Below, piece by piece: positions 8,994 to 18,278 of a stretch of 35,733 bases of DNA. The stretch comes from Campylobacteraceae bacterium (GTDB lineage Bacteria; Campylobacterota; Campylobacteria; Campylobacterales; UBA6016). The translations under genes and the position numbers were made by a program. Location of the stretch: NCBI GenBank assembly GCA_022758985.1, contig JAEMQC010000007.1, forward strand, positions 1 through 35,733, written 5' to 3'. Within the stretch, counting starts at the first letter, position 1; every line of letters begins with the position of its first letter. Under the pieces are notes generated by a model. It did not search any database. It was not told the DNA's origin and worked only from the letters and a program-made list of their open reading frames with translations.

Positions 8994-10221
8994 GCACACT
9001 CTTCGACTCACGCTTAAATATAATTAGAACGCCGATAATATTTTTTAAAAGCACGGCAAAGCTTGCAGCTGCGAAGATGCAGGCAAATTGAAATAGCGGC
9101 TCTAAGATAACAAAGGCTCCAAATAAAGCAAGAGAACTCCAGTGTAGCCAAAGCTCTATGCTAGCGTCTTTATCGCTTATCATCTCTCTTACGCTAGGGG
9201 CATCCCATTTTCCCATACTGGTTAGATGAAACCATGCCAGAAACGGTACTATCTTATTTATCATGGCCTTGACTATAGAACCCAAAAAGCCGAGCCCAAA
9301 AAACAGTACAAATAAGAACTCCGCTTTTTTTAGCTCGAAAAATAGCGAATATGCCCACAAAGCAAGTCCTATAATCAAAGAGACGAGTCCTGTTTGCCAG
9401 AGTCTTAGCGACGCATCCGACATTAGCCTTTTTCGCTCTTTTATTTTTTTGAGCGCTACGATTGCGAAGGCGACAAACGAAGTCCATATTACGAAGATGG
9501 CAATATTTGATGTCGCCGGAATAAAAAGAGCTGTAGAGGCTATAGAAATAATGATAGGCCATGCCCTGCAAAACTTCGGAAATTCAGGCGATACATAAAA
9601 CATCGGCAACACCTGATGCGCCACCGATATGATCAAGGTTCCGAAAAAACCGAATACAGCGAGTAGTATATGTATCTGTGTAAACTTTGCGTGCGACTCC
9701 GAGAGTAAGCCTATTGCGTGTGATGCCAATAGATGAAGCCCTAACAAAATCGCAAAAACTCCAACAATTATCGCCGCTCTCATTCCCTTGAGCGTTTGGC
9801 TTATTACCTCTTTTTTTGAAAAGATATTAATGAGTAACATTCCAAAAAACATAACGGCGGCGCATAAAATAAGTAGACCAGCAATGCCTAGGAGCGGCCT
9901 GTAAAAAACAAAACCAGCAAAAAACAAAACCGCAGACGCACTAAAGGCGAAAAAAGAGAATTTTATTATTTTTGGACTCTCTATCTTTACGCCTCCTACC
10001 ACGGGAAGCATTTGCGTCAGAGAGCCAAGAGTGGCGTTTAGCAAAAAACCTATCGTAAACAAATGGATTGAGCCTACAATATGTGGGTCATATCTATTTA
10101 TGTCGGTTGTAAATGCCAGAGCTACAAAGGACAGGGAACCAAAAAGCGCCGCCGCTATAAAAAACGGATAGATCGTCCTAAAAGGAGGCGCATCAGATAA
10201 TGATAGTCCTGCCGTGTTCAT
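8983..10221 (-). CDS. NnrS-like polytopic membrane protein (about 12 TM helices, conserved His in several helices)
   Basis: 412 aa. I count about 12 hydrophobic helices by eye, with His residues inside TM2, TM5, TM6 and TM10. Last gene of the hemerythrin/DUF2249 operon. The family call comes from architecture and context, not an alignment. Confidence 0.55.
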   Translation of the reverse strand: MNTAGLSLSDAPPFRTIYPFFIAAALFGSLSFVALAFTTDINRYDPHIVGSIHLFTIGFLLNATLGSLTQMLPVVGGVKIESPKIIKFSFFAFSASAVLFFAGFVFYRPLLGIAGLLILCAAVMFFGMLLINIFSKKEVISQTLKGMRAAIIVGVFAILLGLHLLASHAIGLLSESHAKFTQIHILLAVFGFFGTLIISVAHQVLPMFYVSPEFPKFCRAWPIIISIASTALFIPATSNIAIFVIWTSFVAFAIVALKKIKERKRLMSDASLRLWQTGLVSLIIGLALWAYSLFFELKKAEFLFVLFFGLGFLGSIVKAMINKIVPFLAWFHLTSMGKWDAPSVREMISDKDASIELWLHWSSLALFGAFVILEPLFQFACIFAAASFAVLLKNIIGVLIIFKRESKSVPTA

Positions 10222-10489
10222 CTTCTACTCTTTTTAGTATCTCTTTTTTTGTCTCTTCGTCGTCTCTTAGCCAGCCGTAAACATAGTGGGTTTTGTGCAG
10301 TTCGAAATAGAGATGGTCTATATCCATGCAATCTAGCACGGCTTCCAATTTGCACGGTTTCATTCTGTGCATCATTTTCATATATTCGCCGCTTTTTAGA
10401 TTTTTAGCTATCTTTATGGCGTATTCAAGTGGAAAGGGGGCCTCTAGCTTTCTTGCGTCAAGGAGTACCTCAGACGGCATTTTTCGCAT
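10193..10489 (-). CDS. DUF2249-like small protein (TusA/SirA-like fold family)
   Basis: 98 aa. LLDARKLEAPFPLEYAIKIAKNLKSGEYMKMMHRMKPCKL matches the DUF2249 pattern as I recall it (LD.R.L..P.P......L..GE......P..L). Overlaps both neighbours (20 and 29 nt). An alternative start is ATG 10480. Confidence 0.6.
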   Translation of the reverse strand: MRKMPSEVLLDARKLEAPFPLEYAIKIAKNLKSGEYMKMMHRMKPCKLEAVLDCMDIDHLYFELHKTHYVYGWLRDDEETKKEILKRVEDEHGRTIII

Positions 10490-10913
10490 CTTTCATTTGC
10501 TCCACAAGCGCCTCTGCCTCGGCAGACAATACCTGGTCACACATCGTATAGAGTATCTGCTCCTCTTTGGAGTTGTGCTGCTGAACAAGTATATTAAAGG
10601 ATTCACAAAGCCCTAGAAGCTGCGATTTATTCGCCGCCTCCAATGCTTTTTTCATCATGCCGATGTTAAATCTCATCTGTTCATGCTCTCTTCTCATGAC
10701 TTCTGTCGGACCGCAGCTCATGCCGCTTCTTAGTTCAAATGCCAAAAACAATACCTTCTCTTCCATTATGAAATGCTCCTCAAACTCTTTTGCCATTTTT
10801 TCAAAAGAGCTTTTCGCAGCCTCCATATCGCCTTTTACGACCCTATTTTCAAACTCCGCGAAGCTCTCGTCGCAAAACTTGTGGTCTTTTCCTAAAAATT
10901 CTTTTATGCTCAT
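10470..10913 (-). CDS. Hemerythrin-like (HHE cation-binding) domain protein
   Basis: 147 aa, helical, with H/E ligand-type spacing (DHKFCDESF, FEEHFIMEEKVLF, MRREHEQM, VQQHNSKEEQILY). AAGGAG RBS 8 nt upstream. Confidence 0.75.
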   Translation of the reverse strand: MSIKEFLGKDHKFCDESFAEFENRVVKGDMEAAKSSFEKMAKEFEEHFIMEEKVLFLAFELRSGMSCGPTEVMRREHEQMRFNIGMMKKALEAANKSQLLGLCESFNILVQQHNSKEEQILYTMCDQVLSAEAEALVEQMKDAKNAV

Positions 10914-10935
10914 ACTAGACTCCTTTTTTATGGGA

Positions 10936-10977
10936 AGTTTATGTAAAAAAAGGAGTTTTTTTATTGATTTGCGTCAA
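10936..10977 (-). promoter_or_regulatory. FNR/CRP-family box TTGATTTGCGTCAA (10964-10977) plus -10 TAAACT (10936-10941, minus strand) upstream of the hemerythrin operon
   Basis: Perfect TTGA-N6-TCAA palindrome. Exactly 22 nt separate the box from the TAAACT hexamer, which puts the box centre about 41.5 nt upstream of a predicted TSS (class II geometry). Confidence 0.55.
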
Positions 10978-11493
10978 CTATTTGATAATATCTATATCCG
11001 GACCTGGTTTAAAGTCGAAAACCTTGTCCGAAACCGCCGTATTTTTTCTTCTATCCTTAAAAACTATCTCCGTATCGTTATCGAGCGAGTCTTTGTATGT
11101 CAGTTTCTCTATCATATTGTTGGAAACCTTGAATCTATACGTAATATCTCCGCTTTTGGCGCTATATTCGTCACCCCCTTCCGGCTTTGCGTTTTTAAGT
11201 ATCGATTCAAGCGAAATCTGGCTTTTCTTCTTCAGGTATTTTGCCTGGGATAGCTCCGGTTCATATACTATGACCGTCTCGTCTTTTACGAATACGATTT
11301 TTTTTATCGGCTTTTGGTACTCCCAGAGCGCCTGACTCGGTTTTTTTGCGATTAGCTTGCCGCTATACTCTATCTTTTTGCCTGATTTATTTTTTATCGT
11401 CTGTACGAACGAGGCCTCAAACGTGTCGTAGTCAAACGATAGTCCAAGGCAAGATAGCGCAAAAGCGCTGCAAATAAAAGCTTTTTTAAGCAT
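10978..11493 (-). CDS. lolA: Outer-membrane lipoprotein carrier protein LolA
   Basis: 171 aa. Signal peptide MLKKAFICSAFALSCLG, then F.A.F.Q......G......G.l..kkP...lWeY..P, typical of LolA. Divergent from secA as I recall for Campylobacter. Confidence 0.88.
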   Translation of the reverse strand: MLKKAFICSAFALSCLGLSFDYDTFEASFVQTIKNKSGKKIEYSGKLIAKKPSQALWEYQKPIKKIVFVKDETVIVYEPELSQAKYLKKKSQISLESILKNAKPEGGDEYSAKSGDITYRFKVSNNMIEKLTYKDSLDNDTEIVFKDRRKNTAVSDKVFDFKPGPDIDIIK

Positions 11494-11599
11494 TGTGGAT
11501 ACCCTGTTTTTGGTGTAGAGTATAACTTAGAGGGGTTTAAGTTTATAGTAGTTTTGGTATTATGAGCGCCAAACTTAAGCGAATTTGGGACTTTGATAG

Positions 11600-14062
11600 A
11601 TGATAAAAACCATAGTAAACAAAATAATGGGTACTAGAAATGAAAAAGAGCTAAAAAGATATAGAAAGAAACTTGCCGAGATAAACGCACTGGAGCCAAA
11701 ATATGCGGCAATGTCGGATGACGAGTTAAAAGCGGCTTTTGCGGCGCTTAGAGCAAGAGTAATCGGCGGAGAGTCTTTGGATGCTGTGCTTTTTGACTCT
11801 TTTGCGATAACCAGAGAGGCGTCGAAAAGAGTGCTTGGAATGAGGCACCACGACGTCCAGATGATAGGTGGTATGGTGCTAAACGACGGCAGGATAGCCG
11901 AGATGAAAACCGGGGAAGGCAAGACACTGGTTGCGACGCTTGCCGTCATACTAAATGCCATGAAGGGTGAGGGCGTACACGTAATCACCGTCAACGACTA
12001 CCTTGCAAAAAGGGATGCCACCGAGATGGGCGTACTCTATAACTTCCTAGGGTTTAGCGTCGGTGTGATACTCTCTGACGAAGATGACGAAGAGGTAAAA
12101 AAAGCGGCATATGATGCGGATATTACATATGGTACCAATAACGAGTTTGGCTTTGACTACTTAAGAGACAACATGAAGTACTCCAAAGTTTCGCAAGTCC
12201 AAAGAAACCATCATTTTGCGATAGTCGACGAGGTTGACTCGATTCTTATCGATGAAGCCAGAACCCCACTTATTATCTCAGGTCCTACAAAGTCGTTTAT
12301 GGGGCAATATGAAAAAGCCAACGAGGTAGCTCTGAAGCTAGAGATTGAAAAGCACTTTACCGTCGATGAGAAAAATAGGGTAATTTTGATGACGGAAGAG
12401 GGTATTAGATATGCGGAGGAGCTATTTGACGTCGGAAATCTATACGATCTTGACAACGCCATACTTTCCCATAGGCTAGATCAGGCGCTAAAAGCTCAAT
12501 ATCTATTTAAGATAGACGTCGACTATGTAGTAAGAGATGGCGAAATCATCATCGTAGATGAATTTACAGGTAGACTCTCAGAGGGGAAAAGATACTCCGA
12601 GGGGCTTCATCAAGCCCTTGAAGCAAAAGAGGGCGTGCTAATCAAAGAAGAGAGCCAGACTCTAGCAGATATTACCTTCCAAAACTACTTCAGGCTCTAC
12701 TCGAAGCTAGCCGGTATGACTGGTACGGCGCAGACCGAGGCTACCGAATTTAGCGAGATATACGGACTTGACGTTATCTCTATCCCTACGAACGTGCCAG
12801 TGGCAAGAATAGATATGAACGATCTTATATTTAAGACTGAAGAAGAGAAGTATGAGGCCGTAATCAAAAAAGTAAAAGAGCTAAACTCAAAGGGACAACC
12901 GATACTTATAGGTACAGCTTCAATAGAAAAGAGTGAGGCTTTGCATGAGCTTCTTAAAAAAGAGAAGATAGCGCATACGGTACTAAACGCCAAAAATCAT
13001 GAGCGAGAAGCAGAAATAATCAAGCTTGCCGGCACCAAAGGGGCTGTTACTGTGGCTACGAATATGGCCGGACGTGGCGTTGATATCAAGATAGATGACG
13101 AGGTAAGGTCGCTTGGCGGTCTAGCTATCATCGGTACTGAAAGACACGAGAGCCGCCGTATAGACAATCAGCTAAGAGGACGAAGCGGTAGACAGGGCGA
13201 CCCTGGTTTTAGCCAATTTTATCTAAGTCTTGACGATACGCTTCTTAGAATTTTTGGAAGCGACAAGATAAAGAGCATTATGAATAGGCTTGGGCTAGAG
13301 AGAGGCGAGCATATCGACTCTAAGCTGGTAACGAATGCGGTAGAGAAAGCGCAGAAAAAAGTGGAGAGTATGCACTATGAGAGCAGAAAACATCTACTTG
13401 AGTATGACGATATAGCCAACGCTCAAAGAAAAATAATCTACGGCTTTAGAAACGAGCTTTTAAATCCAGAGTTTGATATATCTGCAAAAATTGATGAAAA
13501 TAGATATGTATATGTAGAAAATATCTTAGCGGATGCGGGAATATTCTACGGTCTTGAAAGGGAGGATTTTAACCTTCAAAAGGTTTGCGAACTTTTGCAA
13601 GAGGATATAGGGCTTGGTATAGAAGAGGTGCAATTGGAAGGTCTAGAGTATGAAGATTTGAAACAAAAAGTTTATGATCTGATGAGAGAGTATTATGAAA
13701 CAAAACTTTCAGTCGTAGACGAAGCCCAGAAAAAAGAGATAGAAAAAATACTATACCTTCAAACACTGGATGAAGCCTGGAGAGAGCATCTTTATCAAAT
13801 GGATATACTAAAAACAGGCATAGGACTAAGAGGGTACAATCAAAAAGACCCTCTTGTGGAGTATAAAAAAGAGAGTTACAAGCTCTTTACCGAACTTGTC
13901 GAAACGGTAAAAATAAACGCAGTTAGAATACTACACTCATTCAAAATAGGTAGCGATACTACGGCCGAAGAGATAGAATATCAAGATGAAAATATAAAAA
14001 TAGTGCCGGCTAGCCAAAAAAGAGAAGAGAGGCTCAAAAACTACGATAAGAAAAAGAGCTGA
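11600..14062 (+). CDS. secA: Preprotein translocase ATPase SecA (no Cys-rich C-terminal tail)
   Basis: 820 aa. N-terminus [14 protein letters not shown], Walker [41 protein letters not shown] and [11 protein letters not shown]. Confidence 0.97.
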   Translation: MIKTIVNKIMGTRNEKELKRYRKKLAEINALEPKYAAMSDDELKAAFAALRARVIGGESLDAVLFDSFAITREASKRVLGMRHHDVQMIGGMVLNDGRIAEMKTGEGKTLVATLAVILNAMKGEGVHVITVNDYLAKRDATEMGVLYNFLGFSVGVILSDEDDEEVKKAAYDADITYGTNNEFGFDYLRDNMKYSKVSQVQRNHHFAIVDEVDSILIDEARTPLIISGPTKSFMGQYEKANEVALKLEIEKHFTVDEKNRVILMTEEGIRYAEELFDVGNLYDLDNAILSHRLDQALKAQYLFKIDVDYVVRDGEIIIVDEFTGRLSEGKRYSEGLHQALEAKEGVLIKEESQTLADITFQNYFRLYSKLAGMTGTAQTEATEFSEIYGLDVISIPTNVPVARIDMNDLIFKTEEEKYEAVIKKVKELNSKGQPILIGTASIEKSEALHELLKKEKIAHTVLNAKNHEREAEIIKLAGTKGAVTVATNMAGRGVDIKIDDEVRSLGGLAIIGTERHESRRIDNQLRGRSGRQGDPGFSQFYLSLDDTLLRIFGSDKIKSIMNRLGLERGEHIDSKLVTNAVEKAQKKVESMHYESRKHLLEYDDIANAQRKIIYGFRNELLNPEFDISAKIDENRYVYVENILADAGIFYGLEREDFNLQKVCELLQEDIGLGIEEVQLEGLEYEDLKQKVYDLMREYYETKLSVVDEAQKKEIEKILYLQTLDEAWREHLYQMDILKTGIGLRGYNQKDPLVEYKKESYKLFTELVETVKINAVRILHSFKIGSDTTAEEIEYQDENIKIVPASQKREERLKNYDKKKS

Positions 14063-15264
14063 TGAATAAAAAGCTTATACGCTTCATTGTCTCAAAATAT
14101 CTTAGATTTGACCCGTCGCAGCCGTTTATTTCCATAACGGCCGCTTTGGCGTTCATCGGCGTCGGACTAGGGGTCTTCGTGCTTATCGTCGCTATGGCTA
14201 TTATGAACGGATTTGATAAGGAGTTTGAAAAAAAGCTCTTTACGATGAACTATCCGATAACACTCTACTCAAAACACGGCTATGAGATTTCGTCCGATTT
14301 CGTGGCCGAGCTTCAAAAAAACAATCCCGAATTCAAGTTTAGCCCGTTTCTAAGAGCCAGTGCAATAGCCAAAAAAAATGAAAACATGGAAGGCGTAGTC
14401 GTATTCGGTGTAGATATTGCCGCAGAAAAGCAGATTAACGATGTAGTGGCCGGCGCCCTCGGCAAAGATGGACTGGGCGGCTTTGAGGCATTGATAGGCA
14501 AAAAACTAAAAGATGATTTTGACCTTATCAAGGGAGATAAGTTGACCATCATATTTGCTGAAGGAGAGCCGCAAGGTATCGGTATTTCGCCGATGATGAA
14601 AAGATTTTCCGTAAATAAGAGCTTTTCGTCTGGACTTCTTGCATACGATAAGGGCTATGTATATGTAAACGCAAAAGATTTAGCGAGGGCTCTTGGCAGA
14701 AGCGAGGATCTGTATGACGGGGTTCATATCTACTCCAAAGAGCCGTTAAAAGAGATAAAGCTACTGCAATCAAGGCTTCCGGACGAATATGCGCTTGTCG
14801 GCTGGTGGCAGCAAAACGGCAACTTCTTTGCTGCTTTGGCGCTTGAGAAAAGAGCGCTTTTTGTGGTACTTATGCTGATAATATTGGTAGCGTCGCTAAA
14901 TATCGTAAGTTCTCTTTTGATGACCGTTATGAGTAGACGCAAGGAGATAGCGCTTCTTTTGTCGCTGGGCGCAGATAGAAGCGAAATAAGGGCTATATTT
15001 TTTAGGCTTGGGACAATAATAGGCGGCGGCGGTATCATCGTGGGTATACTTCTTTCCGCAGTTGCTCTGGTTTTGCTTTCAAACTTCGACATTATAAGCC
15101 TTCCGGCGGATGTCTACGGCAGTACCAAGCTACCTTTGGAGCTATCTATAGTAGATTTTTGCCTTATTACGCTGGGTTCGCTAGCCATAGTATTTTTATC
15201 GTCTTACTATCCGGCAAAAAAAGCCTCGGAAGTAGACGCCCTTACGGTGCTTAGAAACGAGTAG
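14062..15264 (+). CDS. Lipoprotein-releasing system permease, LolC/LolE (FtsX/MacB-type) family
   Basis: 400 aa. N-terminal TM, a large periplasmic domain, and a C-terminal FtsX-type 3-TM bundle (EKRALFVVLMLIILVASLNIVSSLLMTVMSRRKEIALLLSLGA). The start overlaps the secA stop (TGATG). Confidence 0.88.
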   Translation: MNKKLIRFIVSKYLRFDPSQPFISITAALAFIGVGLGVFVLIVAMAIMNGFDKEFEKKLFTMNYPITLYSKHGYEISSDFVAELQKNNPEFKFSPFLRASAIAKKNENMEGVVVFGVDIAAEKQINDVVAGALGKDGLGGFEALIGKKLKDDFDLIKGDKLTIIFAEGEPQGIGISPMMKRFSVNKSFSSGLLAYDKGYVYVNAKDLARALGRSEDLYDGVHIYSKEPLKEIKLLQSRLPDEYALVGWWQQNGNFFAALALEKRALFVVLMLIILVASLNIVSSLLMTVMSRRKEIALLLSLGADRSEIRAIFFRLGTIIGGGGIIVGILLSAVALVLLSNFDIISLPADVYGSTKLPLELSIVDFCLITLGSLAIVFLSSYYPAKKASEVDALTVLRNE

Positions 15265-15266
15265 AT

Positions 15267-16442
15267 ATGTCTAGCCCTATTGTTATAGTTATAGCGCTTT
15301 CATTTTTTATAGCGCTATCCCCGTTTGTGTCGAAAACCCTGAGGGTTCCTATAGTCGTCATTGAAATAATATTCGGTATTATCGGCGGACATCTCGGTTT
15401 TTTTGAAAAAAACGAATACTTTTTTATCATGGCTAAAGTCGGATTTTTATTTTTGATGTTTTTGGCAGGCCTAGAGGTCAACCTAAAAGAGTTTGCAAAA
15501 ATAAGATCGAGCTTGTTTAAAAGAGTAATACTCTATTTTTTGATTTTATATGCGCTTGCTTTGACGGTCGTTTTGTACTTCAAACTTTCGTTTATATACG
15601 TCGTAATACTCCCTATATTCTCTCTCGGTATGATAATGGCGCTTTTAAAAGATTACGGCAAGGATAAGCCGTGGCTCTCATTAGCCCTTACGATAGGAAT
15701 ACTAGGAGAGCTTATCAGTATAGTCGCTCTTACCATTCTCAGCGGTGCGGTTAGTTTCGGATTTAAAGCCCAGTTTTACAAGGCTATGGCTACGCTTGTC
15801 GTTATAGTTGTTGCGGGCGTTCTTTTTTTCAAGCTTGCAAGAGCGTTTTTTTGGTGGTTTCCCGAGGCAAAAAAGGCCATTATGCCCGATATTGCGTCAA
15901 AAGAGCAGGATATCAGGTTTTCGATGGCGCTCTTTTTTGTCATGATAGCGATAATGCTATACCTAAAAATAGATATGGTGCTCGGTGCATTCTTTGCCGG
16001 AATGTTTATCACTGCGTTTTTTTCGCACAAAAAAGATTTGCACGATAAACTCTCGTCTTTTGGATTTGGTTTTTTGGCGCCGATATTTTTTATCTATGTC
16101 GGCTCCACGCTAAAGCTCGACATCGTATTTTCATACGAGATTATCAAAAATGCGCTATTTTTGATAGCCTGCATGGTTTCTATTAGGATTATAGGCTCGT
16201 TTAGTACGTTTTATAGTCATCTCGGTTTCAAAAGCACTCTTTTGTTTGCGCTTTCTGATTCTATGCCGCTTATGTTTATGGTTGCCGCCGCTACGCTTGG
16301 GCTTCAGTCGAAAACGATAGATACGCTGGAGTACTCGTCCATAGTCGTTGCGAGTATGCTGGACGCAATCATGTTGATGCTGTTAATAAAAGTCCTTAAT
16401 TACTATTTTGACAAAGCTAAAAGCCCAAAGTCCTTAGGCTAG
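15267..16442 (+). CDS. Cation:proton antiporter (Na+/H+ exchanger family, CPA2-like)
   Basis: 391 aa, about 11-12 TM helices, with an N-terminal motif region VPIVVIEIIFGIIGG...FLFLMFLAGLEVN typical of Kef/NapA-type antiporters. Confidence 0.8.
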   Translation: MSSPIVIVIALSFFIALSPFVSKTLRVPIVVIEIIFGIIGGHLGFFEKNEYFFIMAKVGFLFLMFLAGLEVNLKEFAKIRSSLFKRVILYFLILYALALTVVLYFKLSFIYVVILPIFSLGMIMALLKDYGKDKPWLSLALTIGILGELISIVALTILSGAVSFGFKAQFYKAMATLVVIVVAGVLFFKLARAFFWWFPEAKKAIMPDIASKEQDIRFSMALFFVMIAIMLYLKIDMVLGAFFAGMFITAFFSHKKDLHDKLSSFGFGFLAPIFFIYVGSTLKLDIVFSYEIIKNALFLIACMVSIRIIGSFSTFYSHLGFKSTLLFALSDSMPLMFMVAAATLGLQSKTIDTLEYSSIVVASMLDAIMLMLLIKVLNYYFDKAKSPKSLG

Positions 16443-16805
16443 GGCTATGCACTCGATCTCGACGAGGGCGTTTTTTGGGAGGGTTTTGACCGCTACGGTG
16501 CTGCGTGCCGGCTTGTGGTCGCCGAAAAACTTTGCGTATACTTCGTTCATCGGCGCAAAGTTATCCATATCGGATAGAAATACCGTAGTTTTGATTACTT
16601 TGTCAAGAGCGCTTCCGGCCTCTTTTAGTACTGCCGTCAAATTTTCAAACACCTGAGTAGTTTGCGCCGTTATGTCGCCGTCGTTAAAGCTGCCGTCGGC
16701 TCTTAGGGCTACTTGTCCGGAAGTGTATATCATCCCCTCTATCTTAATTGCTTGCGAGTACGGTCCTATTGCTTGTGGGGCATTTGGCGTAGATACTATC
16801 TTCAT
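16434..16805 (-). CDS. ridA: RidA (YjgF/L-PSP) family reactive-intermediate deaminase
   Basis: 123 aa. APQAIGPYSQAI......YTSGQ, TTVFL.DM.NF..MNEVY..FF, PARSTV.V..LPK.ALVEIE. AGGAG RBS. Confidence 0.93.
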   Translation of the reverse strand: MKIVSTPNAPQAIGPYSQAIKIEGMIYTSGQVALRADGSFNDGDITAQTTQVFENLTAVLKEAGSALDKVIKTTVFLSDMDNFAPMNEVYAKFFGDHKPARSTVAVKTLPKNALVEIECIALA

Positions 16806-16867
16806 AAAATTGTCTCCTTGCTTTTATTTTGCGGCGATTTTACAGAGTTTTGGCTAAACTAAGCGGC

Positions 16868-17257
16868 ATGAATACCGTGGCTATAGATGTAGGATTAAAA
16901 AGGATAGGTGTTGCCGTAATGGTTGATACAATCCCCGTCGCAAGCGAGCCGATACTTAGGAAAAATAGGGAGCAGGCGGCAAGAGAGGTGTCGGCAATGC
17001 TAAAAGCCAAAAACGCTTCAAGGTTGGTTGTAGGGCTTCCCAGAGGAGGAGCTAGCGAAGAGGAGATGGAGCGCAGGATAAAACATTTTGTATCGCTACT
17101 CGAGTTTGACGGCGAGATAATTTATGTGGATGAGTTTGGTAGCTCAAAAGAGGCTCTTAAAGAGGCTGGAGGTGGGTATACAAAGGTCAAAGACGGCCGG
17201 CTGGATAGCTTATCGGCTTTGGTTATACTTAAGCGCTGGAGTGATTTTAGAGGATAA
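16868..17257 (+). CDS. ruvX: Putative pre-16S rRNA nuclease / Holliday junction resolvase-like YqgF
   Basis: [17 protein letters not shown] is the canonical YqgF N-terminus. The ORF-track TTG start at 16829 adds 13 non-conserved residues and has no RBS. Confidence 0.88.
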   Translation: MNTVAIDVGLKRIGVAVMVDTIPVASEPILRKNREQAAREVSAMLKAKNASRLVVGLPRGGASEEEMERRIKHFVSLLEFDGEIIYVDEFGSSKEALKEAGGGYTKVKDGRLDSLSALVILKRWSDFRG

Positions 17258-18278
17258 GCATTGCATCACCGTAGCTATAAAATCTATATTTTTTTTCTAT
17301 CGCCTCTTTGTATATTTCAAGCGTCCTATCTAGTCCGACAAACCCTGCTACCAACATAATAAGCGTAGATTTCGGCAAATGGAAGTTTGTTAGTAGCATA
17401 TCCGCTCTTTTTGGAGGGTTTTGCGGATTTATGAATATGTCGCACTCCCCGGAGGTTTTTTTTGTGCGATCGTAATATTCTACGGTTCTAGTCGACGTCG
17501 TACCGATGCATAGTATTTTTTTATCGCTATCTAGTAGCTTTGCCGTCTCGGTTGGAATCTCAAAATACTCGGAATGCATAGGGTGTTCTTCTATGTTTTC
17601 GGCTTCAACGGGCTTAAAAGTGCCTAGTCCGACATGAAGGGTTAATTCGTACAGCTTATGATTTTGCCTTATTTTGCCAAGTAACTCTTCGTCGAAGTGG
17701 AGTGACGCCGTCGGGGCGGCTACGCTTCCGGCATTTGACGCAAAACGGCTTTGATAGTTCGTCTCGTCGCTTTTTTCGTCCTCTCTGTTTATATAAGGCG
17801 GAAGCGGTATGTGGCCTATTTTTTCCAGCTTCTCTATAAGTTTTGCAAACCCTATTTTCGCTTCGCCTTCAAAAAAAGAGACTTTTCTGCTCCCGTCATC
17901 TAAAAGCTCCAAAACTTCAAGCGATAGGTTATCTTCAAAAAAAAGTCTATCTCCTACTTTTACTTTGCCTCTGACGAGCGCCAAAAAAGAGCCGTCTTCA
18001 AACGGTTTTATAACCACGCATTCAATTTTACCGCCGCTCTTTTTGCGTCCGAAGATTCTAGCTTTTATGACTTTTGTATTGTTGACGACGATGGCCGTGT
18101 TTTTGGGTATAAAGTCGCATATGTCTGATATGTTGGAGTGCGTAATCGTAGCGTTTATTCTATCTACGACTAACAGTTTTGCGCTACTTCTAGGGTTTGC
18201 CGGGTAGCTCGCTATAAGCTCTTTTGGGAGTTCATAGTCGTAAGAAGAGGTTAAAAGCGTCCTGTCAGGCTGGCTCAT
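17247..18278 (-). CDS. queA: S-adenosylmethionine:tRNA ribosyltransferase-isomerase
   Basis: 343 aa. [13 protein letters not shown]...R..AKLLV, IPLPPYI.R, QS.FA...[22 protein letters not shown] and GTTS.R..E motifs. Confidence 0.96.
   Translation of the reverse strand: MSQPDRTLLTSSYDYELPKELIASYPANPRSSAKLLVVDRINATITHSNISDICDFIPKNTAIVVNNTKVIKARIFGRKKSGGKIECVVIKPFEDGSFLALVRGKVKVGDRLFFEDNLSLEVLELLDDGSRKVSFFEGEAKIGFAKLIEKLEKIGHIPLPPYINREDEKSDETNYQSRFASNAGSVAAPTASLHFDEELLGKIRQNHKLYELTLHVGLGTFKPVEAENIEEHPMHSEYFEIPTETAKLLDSDKKILCIGTTSTRTVEYYDRTKKTSGECDIFINPQNPPKRADMLLTNFHLPKSTLIMLVAGFVGLDRTLEIYKEAIEKKYRFYSYGDAMLIL

Noticed and set aside
10657-11253. Long ORFs antisense to well-supported genes: 10657..11253 (198 aa), 20318..20932 (204 aa), 29640..30152 (170 aa), 7392..7868 (158 aa), 11575..11994 (139 aa) and 4394..4801 (135 aa)
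   Set aside because: Each lies on the opposite strand of a gene with strong family motifs. Their translations are low-complexity S/F/L/I-rich strings, typical of the reverse complement of K/E-rich genes. They have no RBS or recognisable domains, so I treat them as shadow ORFs.
16829-16867. Longer N-terminal extensions offered by the ORF track: ruvX from TTG 16829, cytochrome c from 20140 and yefM from 4749
   Set aside because: In each case a downstream ATG restores the canonical family N-terminus. For yefM and the cytochrome that ATG also has a properly spaced RBS; for ruvX the call rests on the N-terminal match alone. The extensions add non-conserved residues and have no SD.
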